Positions 1-8,442 of a DNA stretch of 64,000 bases are shown one piece after another. The DNA comes from an uncultured Candidatus Sumerlaeota bacterium. Its GTDB lineage: Bacteria; Sumerlaeota; Sumerlaeia; SLMS01; JAHLLQ01. The stretch is from the NCBI GenBank assembly GCA_964580585.1, contig CAZOKZ010000001.1, positions 23,261-87,260 on the forward strand. The letters run 5' to 3'. The translations under genes were made by a program, and so were the position numbers. Position 1 is the stretch's first letter. Each line of letters begins with the position of its first letter. Below the pieces are notes generated by a model, which saw only the letters and a list, made by a program, of their open reading frames with translations, was not told where the DNA came from and made no database searches.

Positions 1-438
1 CAACGATCCGATTCGCCGGACGATTCGCCGCGTACCCGCAAGGTACGCGGCGGTCGGGCGAGTCGGCTGAGCAAATGGCAACGCTCGCATTCGGGCGATT
101 TGTTTCTGATATTTATCGTTTTCCTCTTCGTTATTCTGATATTCGGCTTCGATGCGGAAAAAGTTGCCGATCTCCTGTATAACAAAACCGCTGGGTTTAT
201 TTTGGTCATCATGGTTATCGAGTACCTGGTACTCAAAAGCATGGATCGTACGCGGATTTATGGGCTGGAAAACAGCCGTTTACGCGAAGCTCGCCGCACG
301 GATCGCGCGTTGATGAAGCGTGCCCGCGAATTGCTCGATGAAGCTGCCGGTACTTCCTCCGACGATGATGAAGAATCACCGAGCGATTGGAATAAACGCG
401 CTCGCGACGTGGCTGAAGAGCTCTCTCAGCGTTTGTAA
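1..438 (+). CDS. Hypothetical two-TM membrane protein, probably 5'-truncated by the window edge
   Basis: Frame 1 is open from base 1 to TAA at 436-438. Two hydrophobic segments are followed by a charged helical tail. It ends 7 nt before the gluQ start. Confidence 0.6.
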   Translation, partial: QRSDSPDDSPRTRKVRGGRASRLSKWQRSHSGDLFLIFIVFLFVILIFGFDAEKVADLLYNKTAGFILVIMVIEYLVLKSMDRTRIYGLENSRLREARRTDRALMKRARELLDEAAGTSSDDDEESPSDWNKRARDVAEELSQRL

Positions 439-445
439 CTTTCCG

Positions 446-1402
446 ATGACATCTAATAGTGCCAAACCCGTGGGACGTTACGCGCCTAGCCCGACTGGTG
501 CGTTGCATCTGGGGAATTTACGCACGGCATTGGCGGCGTGTGGATTCACTCGTTCGCGTGGTGGGAAGTTCCTTTTGCGGGTTGAAGACATCGATGAGCC
601 ACGTGTGAGAAACGGAGCAGAGGCGCGCCAATTACAGGATTTGTGCGCACTGGGCATCGAGTGGGACGAAGAGCCGTGGCGACAGTCGGAACGCTCGGCC
701 ATTTATCGTGAGTACCTGGATCGGCTTCGTGCGGATGGAAAGATTTACCCGTGTTTTTGCAGTCGAAAGGATATTCAGGCGGCGCTTTCCGCGCCTCATC
801 GAGAAGACGAAGCGCAGGGGTATCCCGGATTGTGCGCGGATCTGGATGCCGCAACCGTGGAGGAGCGCCAAAATCGCGGCGATCAGCATGCCTGGCGATT
901 GCGTGTCGCACACGCAGAGAAACTATTCCATGATGAATTCGCAGGTGAAGTTCCCGTCGATTTGCCTCGCGAAGGGGGCGATTTTGTCGTGCATCGAGCC
1001 GATGGGCTCTTCGCCTATCAGTTCGTTTGCGCATTAGACGATGCGTTGTCCGGTGTGACGGAAGTTTTGCGCGGCGAAGACTTGCTCGATTCAGGAGCAC
1101 GGCAACAATTTATTCTGCAAACACTCGGAATCGCCCCACCTGCCTATTGGCATATTCCGCTGATGCACGGACCCGATGGCAAACGGCTGTCCAAAAGGGA
1201 CGGAGCCGACGATTTGTCCTATTTCCTTCTACATGGCGCGGACGAAACCGCTGTACGCAGCTACCTGGCGTGGACACTGGGTCAGTGTGAAAAGCGGGAA
1301 CGACTCGAGATGAAAGAATTCGTCAATCGGTTCGATATCACCAAGGTTCCACACAATGCAGTGACGTATGAAAGCAGTGACCTGCGCGAATTCTGTCTGT
1401 AA
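446..1402 (+). CDS. gluQ: Glutamyl-Q tRNA(Asp) synthetase
   Basis: GRYAPSPTGALHLGN (HIGH), LRVEDID, YPCFCSRK, VLRGEDL and RLSKRDG (KMSKS-like) motifs. About 318 aa with no anticodon-binding domain. ATG at 446 chosen over the track start. Confidence 0.9.
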   Translation: MTSNSAKPVGRYAPSPTGALHLGNLRTALAACGFTRSRGGKFLLRVEDIDEPRVRNGAEARQLQDLCALGIEWDEEPWRQSERSAIYREYLDRLRADGKIYPCFCSRKDIQAALSAPHREDEAQGYPGLCADLDAATVEERQNRGDQHAWRLRVAHAEKLFHDEFAGEVPVDLPREGGDFVVHRADGLFAYQFVCALDDALSGVTEVLRGEDLLDSGARQQFILQTLGIAPPAYWHIPLMHGPDGKRLSKRDGADDLSYFLLHGADETAVRSYLAWTLGQCEKRERLEMKEFVNRFDITKVPHNAVTYESSDLREFCL

Positions 1403-1409
1403 AAATAAT

Positions 1410-1439
1410 GAGGGACGGAGTAACTTGTCTTCGTCCCTC
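1410..1439. repeat. REP-like palindromic hairpin between convergent gluQ and trpG
   Basis: GAGGGACG...CGTCCCTC inverted repeat, nearly identical (stem and TAACTT loop) to the hairpin at 2925-2957. Confidence 0.6.
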
Positions 1440-1467
1440 GAATCCTCTTCGCCATCGACGAGCAATA

Positions 1468-2043
1468 TCACACGGCATATAAATCGAGGAAGTTTTTCAG
1501 CAGTTGTTTCCCCTCGGTTGTCAGAATCGACTCGGGATGGAATTGAACCCCGTGGATGGGATAGGTTTTGTGACGCAGGCCCATGATGGTGCCGTCGTCT
1601 TCGGCATAGGCGCAAATTTCCACGTCGTCGCCAAGTGAATCGCGTTCAACGACGAGCGAGTGATAACGGGTTGCTGTAAAGGGGTTCGATAGGTTCTCAA
1701 AGACACCTGTATTATTATGACGAATTTGACTGGTTTTGCCATGCATCAAACGCGGCGCGCGGATCACGTTTCCGCCAAAAACCTGGCCGATACACTGGTG
1801 TCCCAAACAAACGCCCAACGTGGGGATTGTTTGCGAGTACTTCGTCAGGATTTCCAGCGATTGCCCCGCGTCGTCCGGCGTACCCGGACCGGGCGAGATC
1901 ACAATGTGCGTCGGATTGAGAAGCTCGATCGTATTCACGTCGAGTTTATCGTTCCGAATGACATGCAACGTTTCACCCAGTTCGCCAAGATACTGAACCA
2001 GGTTGTATGTAAATGAATCGTAGTTGTCGATTACCAGAATCAT
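1468..2043 (-). CDS. trpG: Anthranilate/aminodeoxychorismate synthase glutamine amidotransferase subunit
   Basis: IDNYDSFTYNL, ISPGPG, LGVCLGHQ, RYHSL and GVQFHPES motifs (Cys-His-Glu triad). Confidence 0.93.
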   Translation of the reverse strand: MILVIDNYDSFTYNLVQYLGELGETLHVIRNDKLDVNTIELLNPTHIVISPGPGTPDDAGQSLEILTKYSQTIPTLGVCLGHQCIGQVFGGNVIRAPRLMHGKTSQIRHNNTGVFENLSNPFTATRYHSLVVERDSLGDDVEICAYAEDDGTIMGLRHKTYPIHGVQFHPESILTTEGKQLLKNFLDLYAV

Positions 2044-2056
2044 CGTGTTTTTTCCG

Positions 2057-2899
2057 TCAAGAAAGCGAGTTTTTTTCCGAGTCCAGAAGTTGCTGACGCA
2101 ATTGCCAACGTTTCAACAATGTCTCGACAAATTTATCGTCGGGATTCCCTGATTGCAATTCGCCAAGGCATTCCTGCAACAGATCTATCTGGTGTTGCGA
2201 GGGGTTTTTTATCTCGACCAGACAATCGGCTAGCAAATAATCCAATCCCCGGTTGGATTGCACACGGCGAGCTTTGCCTAACGACGAAACGGCGTCGGCG
2301 AACGCTTGTTGATCGGCAAGACGATGGGCCACGGCACGTTTGACCATACCACGATAAAAGAGGAAGAAGTACGCCTCGCGGTCGGATTCCGGTTCCGCGA
2401 TGGAATCGAATTGTTCGTTTGCACGATCCCAATCTTTCGGGTCCTGGGATATCCGGGCAATCGCCGTCAGAACAATGGCGGCTTCGCGTTTGTATGTTTC
2501 GGCCAACGTTGGGTCGTCATTCTGGGCGAGTTCCAACGCAAGCGCCAATGCTTCTTCTAAACGTGGCTGATCGTTGTTCTGCGTCCCCAGTACAAAAAGA
2601 CACGTGAAAAGCCGTTCCCCATGAAGAGGACGTTGATCGGGGTCTAATTCCAATGCGCGACGATAATGACGTTCGGCCGATTCGTATAAATCCAGACCCG
2701 GCGCTTTGTCTTCCGCGTTGCGCTCCAGATACGTGCGTTCCCACACGAGGCCCGCCAGGTGTTGGACGATGGGATCGTCAGGGAACTCGCTATCCACATT
2801 TTGTATGGCAGAGATGGCCTTGTCGAATTCCCTCATGCCCAACATGGTTTGGACATAGTGTGCAAGTTCTTCGGCGGAGGAAAACGGGGTGTCAGCCAT
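2057..2899 (-). CDS. TPR-like alpha-helical hypothetical protein
   Basis: 280 aa helical ORF with TPR-like segments such as AERHYRRALELDP. Confidence 0.6.
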   Translation of the reverse strand: MADTPFSSAEELAHYVQTMLGMREFDKAISAIQNVDSEFPDDPIVQHLAGLVWERTYLERNAEDKAPGLDLYESAERHYRRALELDPDQRPLHGERLFTCLFVLGTQNNDQPRLEEALALALELAQNDDPTLAETYKREAAIVLTAIARISQDPKDWDRANEQFDSIAEPESDREAYFFLFYRGMVKRAVAHRLADQQAFADAVSSLGKARRVQSNRGLDYLLADCLVEIKNPSQHQIDLLQECLGELQSGNPDDKFVETLLKRWQLRQQLLDSEKNSLS

Positions 2900-2924
2900 G
2901 GAATCGTATCCAGCGGAAAAAGGA

Positions 2925-2957
2925 AAAGGGACGGAGATAACTTATCTCCGTCCCTTT
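2925..2957 (-). terminator. Intrinsic terminator downstream of nusA (REP-like stem)
   Basis: Perfect 16-bp inverted repeat AAAGGGACGGAGATAA/TTATCTCCGTCCCTTT, followed on the minus strand by a T-rich tail. Confidence 0.75.
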
Positions 2958-2963
2958 GATGTG

Positions 2964-4454
2964 TTATGCCTTGTCTTGGGGGACTTCTTCCTCAGAAGGT
3001 TCGGCTTCTGTGGACGCTGCCGATTCAGACGCCTCTGTTTCTTCGGCATCCTCGGGAGTTTCCACCGTTACCTTGCCTGCCAGGCGATCGGCAAGTGCCG
3101 AAGCCGCCTTCAAGCGCTGACGTACGTCTTCGGTGATGCCAGCTTCGGAATCCTTGGTCATCTGTTGCAGGTTTTCCAAGTATTCCTTGGCGCCATCGAC
3201 GATGTCTTCTGCCAATTCCTGATCGTCGCCCGTAAAGCTGAGCAATTGCTGCGCGTCTGCTTCTGCCAGTTTTTCCACGCTGTTGAAGTCTTCCGTGCGG
3301 GTGAGAGCTTCGGCGGCGAATGCCGTCAAACCATCGATCTGGTTCAGGAAGTCGTTGAGGTACTGGAGAGAGATTGTCTCGAGACGTGCCATTTCGGCTT
3401 CGTCTTCCTGCTCGGTCACGTCAATTTTCCAACCGGTCAACTTCGCGGCCAGTTTTGCGTTTTGTCCGCGCTTGCCAATGGCTTTGGCGAGCGAGTCGTG
3501 TTCAACAACCACATGAGCGCGTTTTTCGATTTCGTTCAACTTGATCGAAACGATCTTCGCGGGGTTCAGGGCCGATGAAATAAACGATTCGGGAATCACC
3601 GAGTACGGCACGATATCGACTTTTTCGTTGTCGAGTTCACGCACGATCATCTGAACGCGCGAGCCTTTCATACCGACGCACGCACCGACGGGATCGACGT
3701 CCGGGTTCATGCTGTTGACGGCGATCTTGGTCCGAACGCCTGGCTCACGGGCAATTTCAACGATGCGAACGGTGGCGTCGCTGATTTCCGGTACTTCGGT
3801 GGCGAACAGTTGTTTCACCAGTTCAGAGCGCGTACGTGACAAAATGACCTGCGGGCCTTTTGGCGTGCGGCGAACATCGATGATCAAGCAGCGGATACGG
3901 TCGCCATAGCGATAACGCACACCGAAGGGAATTTCCTGGTTGGGGAGCAGGCATTCGACCTTGCCGAGTGCGACGATTGCGTCGCGACGTTCGTAACGTT
4001 GGACGATGCCCGTAACGACCGAGCCAACTTTGTCTTTATAATCGGTGTAAATACGATCGCGTTCGGCATCGCGCAGGCGTTGGAGAATGCCCTGGCGTAC
4101 GGATTGGGCGGCAATGCGGCCAAATTCTTCGGGATCGATTTCGACTTCGATTTCATCGTCGAGCATGTGCTGGGGGTTACGGGCTTTTGCGGCCAGAATG
4201 TCGATCTCCGTGCGGGGATCGTTCACCGAAACGACAACGCGTTTCTTGACATAAATGCGCATGTCGCCGGTTTCTAAATCCAGGTCGGGGCGTGGGAAAT
4301 GAAAGACCTGGGCGCGTTTGCTGGCCGCCGAGAGGATCGCCATTTCCACAGCATGTTTGATTACATCAGGTTCAAGGTCCTTTTCCTTCGAGATCATCTT
4401 GATCAGCGGTTTGACGTTCAGGGCCTTGATTTCGTTTTTTTTCTTCTTCGCCAC
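2964..4454 (-). CDS. nusA: Transcription termination/antitermination factor NusA
   Basis: FGRIAAQ, S1 domain, AREPGVRTKIAV, VGACVGMKGSRV and AIGKRGQNAKLAAKLTGWKIDV. GTG start at 4454 with GGAG RBS. Confidence 0.95.
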   Translation of the reverse strand: MAKKKKNEIKALNVKPLIKMISKEKDLEPDVIKHAVEMAILSAASKRAQVFHFPRPDLDLETGDMRIYVKKRVVVSVNDPRTEIDILAAKARNPQHMLDDEIEVEIDPEEFGRIAAQSVRQGILQRLRDAERDRIYTDYKDKVGSVVTGIVQRYERRDAIVALGKVECLLPNQEIPFGVRYRYGDRIRCLIIDVRRTPKGPQVILSRTRSELVKQLFATEVPEISDATVRIVEIAREPGVRTKIAVNSMNPDVDPVGACVGMKGSRVQMIVRELDNEKVDIVPYSVIPESFISSALNPAKIVSIKLNEIEKRAHVVVEHDSLAKAIGKRGQNAKLAAKLTGWKIDVTEQEDEAEMARLETISLQYLNDFLNQIDGLTAFAAEALTRTEDFNSVEKLAEADAQQLLSFTGDDQELAEDIVDGAKEYLENLQQMTKDSEAGITEDVRQRLKAASALADRLAGKVTVETPEDAEETEASESAASTEAEPSEEEVPQDKA

Positions 4455-4486
4455 GGTTTTTTCTCCGCACGTTGGTATGAAGGGTG

Positions 4487-4521
4487 AAAACAGAAACGGG
4501 CCGCCTTTCGAGGCCGCCCGT
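4487..4521 (-). terminator. Imperfect intrinsic terminator/attenuator in the nusA leader
   Basis: Minus strand reads ACGGGC-G-GCCT-CGAA-AGGC-G-GCCCGT then TTCTGTTTT, ending about 30 nt before the nusA start. Confidence 0.6.
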
Positions 4522-4624
4522 CCGTTAGCACTCTTATTTGTAGGCAAAAGTTGTTCCACCGTGGCTGGAGAAGACAAGAGAAATGTTTTAAGGAGAGCGA
4601 AGAAAGGAAGAACGCCGTAACGCG

Positions 4625-5653
4625 TCACTCATTCGGCAGCTTATCCCGTAAGACTTTCCAGGCCAGATTAAGTCGTTTCGCTTTGGCTTCAGCCATTTTG
4701 CGGAAGTCTTCATCGTCGTGGAACTTGTCGGGATGGTAGCGCATTTGCATTTTACGGAAAATTTTCTGCGCGTATTCAAGTGTTGTATTTTCCGTCAGCG
4801 CGAACAACTCCAGCGCTTCCTCGAAGGAAATTTTATCTTCGACTCTCAGTTTTTCTTCAGAGGCTCCATTGTCTTCACGGGGCTCTTCTTCCTCGGGCTC
4901 ATCCGCTTTGGGGGGCGCTTTCGGGCGAGTTTCCCAACCGCCCATGGGATGAGCCTGGATTTTAGGGGCCAGGTCGTTGCGCAGCATTTCTTCGACATCG
5001 ATGACAGAAAGCGGGCGACCCATGCCTTCGAGCGCTTCACAAATATGACGTGTTGTTGGGGGCTCGAACGCACGTTCGATGAATTCCAAAATATAGCGAC
5101 CCAGGAAATTTCGCAAATGCGGATCGTCCAGGTACTGATCCGGCTTTGTGTTGGCGTCCACGGCGCCGTAATCCGCGGGCTCTGTGTCCCCATCGCCCAG
5201 CATGCGAGCAAATCGTCCGGCGGTCGCGCGCATCTGGCTGTAAATGGCCTGATAGGAGTGAAGCGACCCCGCTTGGATTGGAGGAATATCCATGTCGGAT
5301 TTCTTGCGGCCAAATCCCACGGCATCATTGAAAACAACAACTTTGCCTTTGTGTGGCGGTCCCACCATTTTTTTGGCGGAATCGGCAATTTCATGCGTCA
5401 TGCAGAGGATCAAATTTGCCCAGCGAATTTGAGGAGCCAGTAAGGGCTTGCTGCGATGCCCTTTCAGGCTAACCCGGTGTTCGTAGAGGAATTTGGCGAA
5501 TTCGCGCTCGGGTGGCGTGGGCACTTGCACGTCGATTCCGGCACTATCGAAGGACGTATCGAAGACGTTGAACTCCTTGGCAAAGTTCTGCGTCATCGCC
5601 CGAGCCATAGGCCCGCGGAACAGATCGTGATTGCTGAGAAAAAGGACATGCAT
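4625..5653 (-). CDS. LMW protein-phosphatase-like (degenerate active site) plus C-terminal J-domain protein
   Basis: N-terminal VLFLSNHDLFRGPMA...SAG...HRSKPL...ANLILCM follows the LMW-PTP/YwlE pattern. C-terminal YHPDK...KRLNLAWKVL is a J-domain. ATG at 5653. Confidence 0.75.
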   Translation of the reverse strand: MHVLFLSNHDLFRGPMARAMTQNFAKEFNVFDTSFDSAGIDVQVPTPPEREFAKFLYEHRVSLKGHRSKPLLAPQIRWANLILCMTHEIADSAKKMVGPPHKGKVVVFNDAVGFGRKKSDMDIPPIQAGSLHSYQAIYSQMRATAGRFARMLGDGDTEPADYGAVDANTKPDQYLDDPHLRNFLGRYILEFIERAFEPPTTRHICEALEGMGRPLSVIDVEEMLRNDLAPKIQAHPMGGWETRPKAPPKADEPEEEEPREDNGASEEKLRVEDKISFEEALELFALTENTTLEYAQKIFRKMQMRYHPDKFHDDEDFRKMAEAKAKRLNLAWKVLRDKLPNE

Positions 5654-5795
5654 TTTTATTGTGCGGTCGTTGCGATGCGTTTGAAAGTCTCGAATACGAT
5701 GAGACCAGTCTTGCCACGAGCCAATCAAATTATTGAGAATTCTTGGGCGAATTTTCACGAGACTCCTCAACCCGGGATTCTTCACAGGCTGTTCC

Positions 5796-6320
5796 ATGAA
5801 AGACGGAATTGTACGGATCGTTCTTAAGCGCATTGCCTTGATTTGTTTTACGCTGGATTTGCGTGCCAGCCGTCGGATTCGGCGCGCGATGGGGGAGACA
5901 TCTTACCGGTTGGGAGGTCGCTGTCAGGGGTGTGCCAAATGTTGCGAAGCTCCCACGATCCAGGTGGGGATTCTGACCTATCGACTGGTGACATTTCGGA
6001 TGATTTTTCTCGCCTGGCATCGGTGGGTGAACGGATTTCACCTGACGGGCGAGGACCCGCAAATTCGGGCGTTCGAATTTCGCTGCACCCATTTCGATCC
6101 GAAAACCCGTCGGTGCGATTCGTACACCAGCCGCCCCGGCATGTGCCGCGATTACCCGAGAGCGCTGCTCTGGGAAGCCAACCCGCCATTGTTTCCTGAA
6201 TGTGGCTACCGTGCCGTGGCGCCCAACGCCGAACAGGTGACCGCGCTGCTCGAACACGAAGACTTGCCGCCGGAGAAGTTGGAGGAGTTGAAGGAGAAGT
6301 TGATGCTGAAGGATGAATAA
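5796..6320 (+). CDS. YkgJ-family (CxxCxxCC) cysteine-cluster protein
   Basis: CQGCAKCC...CTHFD...RCDSYTSRPGMCRDYP pattern. Confidence 0.8.
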   Translation: MKDGIVRIVLKRIALICFTLDLRASRRIRRAMGETSYRLGGRCQGCAKCCEAPTIQVGILTYRLVTFRMIFLAWHRWVNGFHLTGEDPQIRAFEFRCTHFDPKTRRCDSYTSRPGMCRDYPRALLWEANPPLFPECGYRAVAPNAEQVTALLEHEDLPPEKLEELKEKLMLKDE

Positions 6321-6476
6321 CCGGTAAATTCCACCCCACCCCCTCCATCTAGGGTTTGACCTTTACCGCCCGACCGGGCTTGACTAATCAAGAACGTGCG
6401 TTGACGAAATTCCCGGGCCCCTGCCCGCCAGACGGAGCCACACCCCCTGACGGACCTGTTTTCACTCGCGGCGAAT

Positions 6477-7244
6477 ATGCAGATTCGCGACGTTATCGAT
6501 ATCCTGATGATATCGATCGTCTTCTTTTTGCTCTTCAACATGATCCGAAAATCGCGCAGCCAGGTGGCTTTGCGCGGATTGCTGATCGTGCTTTCGTTCA
6601 CGTTACTGCTTTATTTGATCACGGTCATGGCGGAACTGAGCGCCACCAAGGCACTGCTGACCCGGCTATGGGTCGTGTTCGTGCTGATTTTCCTGATCGT
6701 GTTCCAGAACGAGTTCAAGAAAAGCCTGACCGACTATGGCCGGTTGCCAATTTTTAGAGCCTTGTTCAAGCAGGAAGCCGCTCCTTTGGACGAGGTAATC
6801 AAGGCAGTCGCGCGTTTGGCGGAAAAAAAAGTCGGGGCATTGATTTGCATCGAGCGTCGCACACCGCTCAGGCCTTATATTGAAACGGGCACCATGATCG
6901 ACGGGCTCGTCACCGTCGAATTGCTCCGAACTATTTTTGCACTCTATACGCCATTGCACGACGGGGCGGTAATCATGCGCAATAACCGCATCGTGGCGGC
7001 GGGATGCCTGTTGCCGTTGACCAATCAGGAACTCTCCAAAGATTTAGGCACGCGTCACCGGGCGGCGATTGGATTGGGCGAAGAAACGGACGCCGTCGTC
7101 GTAGTCGTTTCGGAAGAAACCGGGACGATCTCGATTGCCTACGACGGTATTATCCAACGACCGGAAACCGCGGATTCCTTGCGCCAAAAGCTGCGCGATC
7201 TGTTTGAAATCGAAGAGGAGGAAGCGGATGTCGAAGCCGTCTAG
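6477..7244 (+). CDS. cdaA: Membrane diadenylate cyclase CdaA/DacA
   Basis: Three N-terminal TM helices; DAC motifs PLHDGAVI and LGTRHRAAIG; VVVSEETGTIS. Confidence 0.93.
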   Translation: MQIRDVIDILMISIVFFLLFNMIRKSRSQVALRGLLIVLSFTLLLYLITVMAELSATKALLTRLWVVFVLIFLIVFQNEFKKSLTDYGRLPIFRALFKQEAAPLDEVIKAVARLAEKKVGALICIERRTPLRPYIETGTMIDGLVTVELLRTIFALYTPLHDGAVIMRNNRIVAAGCLLPLTNQELSKDLGTRHRAAIGLGEETDAVVVVVSEETGTISIAYDGIIQRPETADSLRQKLRDLFEIEEEEADVEAV

Positions 7245-8442
7245 CGGTCCATTCAGTGATTTCGCTCTCATCCTCTTTTCGCTCGCGTTGGGGTTCATTG
7301 TCTGGGTCATCGTTCGCCAGCAGGAAACGGTGACGCGCACGGTCCTGGTGCCGGTGTATTACGAAAACCTGCCGGATTATATTGAGTTGCAGGACTATAA
7401 TCCAAAGAATATCGCTGTCAGCTTCAGCCTGGCCAAGGGCGACGACCCCCTGACAAGCGCGTCGGAAAAATTTCGCGCCACGGTGGATTTGACTCGATTG
7501 GTAGAGCGCAATATCCAAACGGAGAGCTTTAAGGAAATCTCTCTTCCGGTGGAACGGACTAAACTCGATTATCCCAAGAAGCTTACATTTATAGCCTTCG
7601 AGGATACTCCGGCCGTGACGTTCAGCGCCCGATTGCGTGTCGCCATGGCACGGATCGAGGTTAACCTTGTAGGCGATCATCCGGCGATGGGTTATCGTAT
7701 CGATCGCCAGAACATTGTCATGAACCCCAACGAAATCTATGTGGCCGTTGATCAAAAACGATATGAGCAATCGCTGACAAACCAGTTGGTCATCAAAACG
7801 GAACCGATCGATGTGACCGGCAAGCAGGTGGGAATAACAGGTTTATACCGAGTGCTTTATGGTGAAACGGACGGAATTTTCCCCGTTCCGGGACGAGCGG
7901 AAACCGTTGAAATTATGGTGCCGATTCAAGAAGTTGAAAGCACTAGAGTTTACCATAACATCCCCGTTCGATACGAAACATTGAAACGCGGGGTGCGGGC
8001 AGAGTTGACGCCTTCCAATGTCACGGTTTCGGTCGAAGGACCACCCAGTTTGCTCACGCAATTGCAACCAGCGATGATTCGGCTGACGCCGCGAACGACG
8101 AAATTCCTCGACGAGGAACGCATCGGAGACAGTGTGGAAACGGCGATTGAGATTTCCTATCTGACGGCGGACGAAAAGTTCCAAAAACGCCTGAAAGCAA
8201 CACTCGATCCATCTTTGGTTTTGGTACGATTCTTCCCGCATACGGATGCAGTTCCGATCGACATCCCATTGGAGACCCCAATACCGGTTATTGAATCGAC
8301 ACCGACACCTGTGCCAACAGGGACACCGACCCCCACGCCGGAACCCGTTGAGATTCACGTGGACGATGACGTTACCAGTCCGTTGATTCTCCGTGTCGAG
8401 GATACCGCCACAACACCGACCGCGACGAGTACCGCGGAATGA
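7228..8442 (+). CDS. cdaR: CdaR/YbbR-domain regulator of diadenylate cyclase
   Basis: N-terminal TM helix, YbbR-like repeats (PSNVTVSVEGPPSLL, KTEPIDVTG) and a Pro/Thr-rich tail. Overlaps the cdaA 3' end. Confidence 0.75.
   Translation: MSKPSSGPFSDFALILFSLALGFIVWVIVRQQETVTRTVLVPVYYENLPDYIELQDYNPKNIAVSFSLAKGDDPLTSASEKFRATVDLTRLVERNIQTESFKEISLPVERTKLDYPKKLTFIAFEDTPAVTFSARLRVAMARIEVNLVGDHPAMGYRIDRQNIVMNPNEIYVAVDQKRYEQSLTNQLVIKTEPIDVTGKQVGITGLYRVLYGETDGIFPVPGRAETVEIMVPIQEVESTRVYHNIPVRYETLKRGVRAELTPSNVTVSVEGPPSLLTQLQPAMIRLTPRTTKFLDEERIGDSVETAIEISYLTADEKFQKRLKATLDPSLVLVRFFPHTDAVPIDIPLETPIPVIESTPTPVPTGTPTPTPEPVEIHVDDDVTSPLILRVEDTATTPTATSTAE

Noticed and set aside
4525-4551. CIRCE (HrcA) operator next to the J-domain gene and nusA leader
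   Set aside because: Only the left half TTAGCACTC is present; after N9 the sequence is GGCAAAAGT, not GAGTGCTAA.
6321-6476. c-di-AMP (ydaO) riboswitch upstream of cdaA
   Set aside because: I could not find the conserved ydaO sequence blocks or an expression platform.
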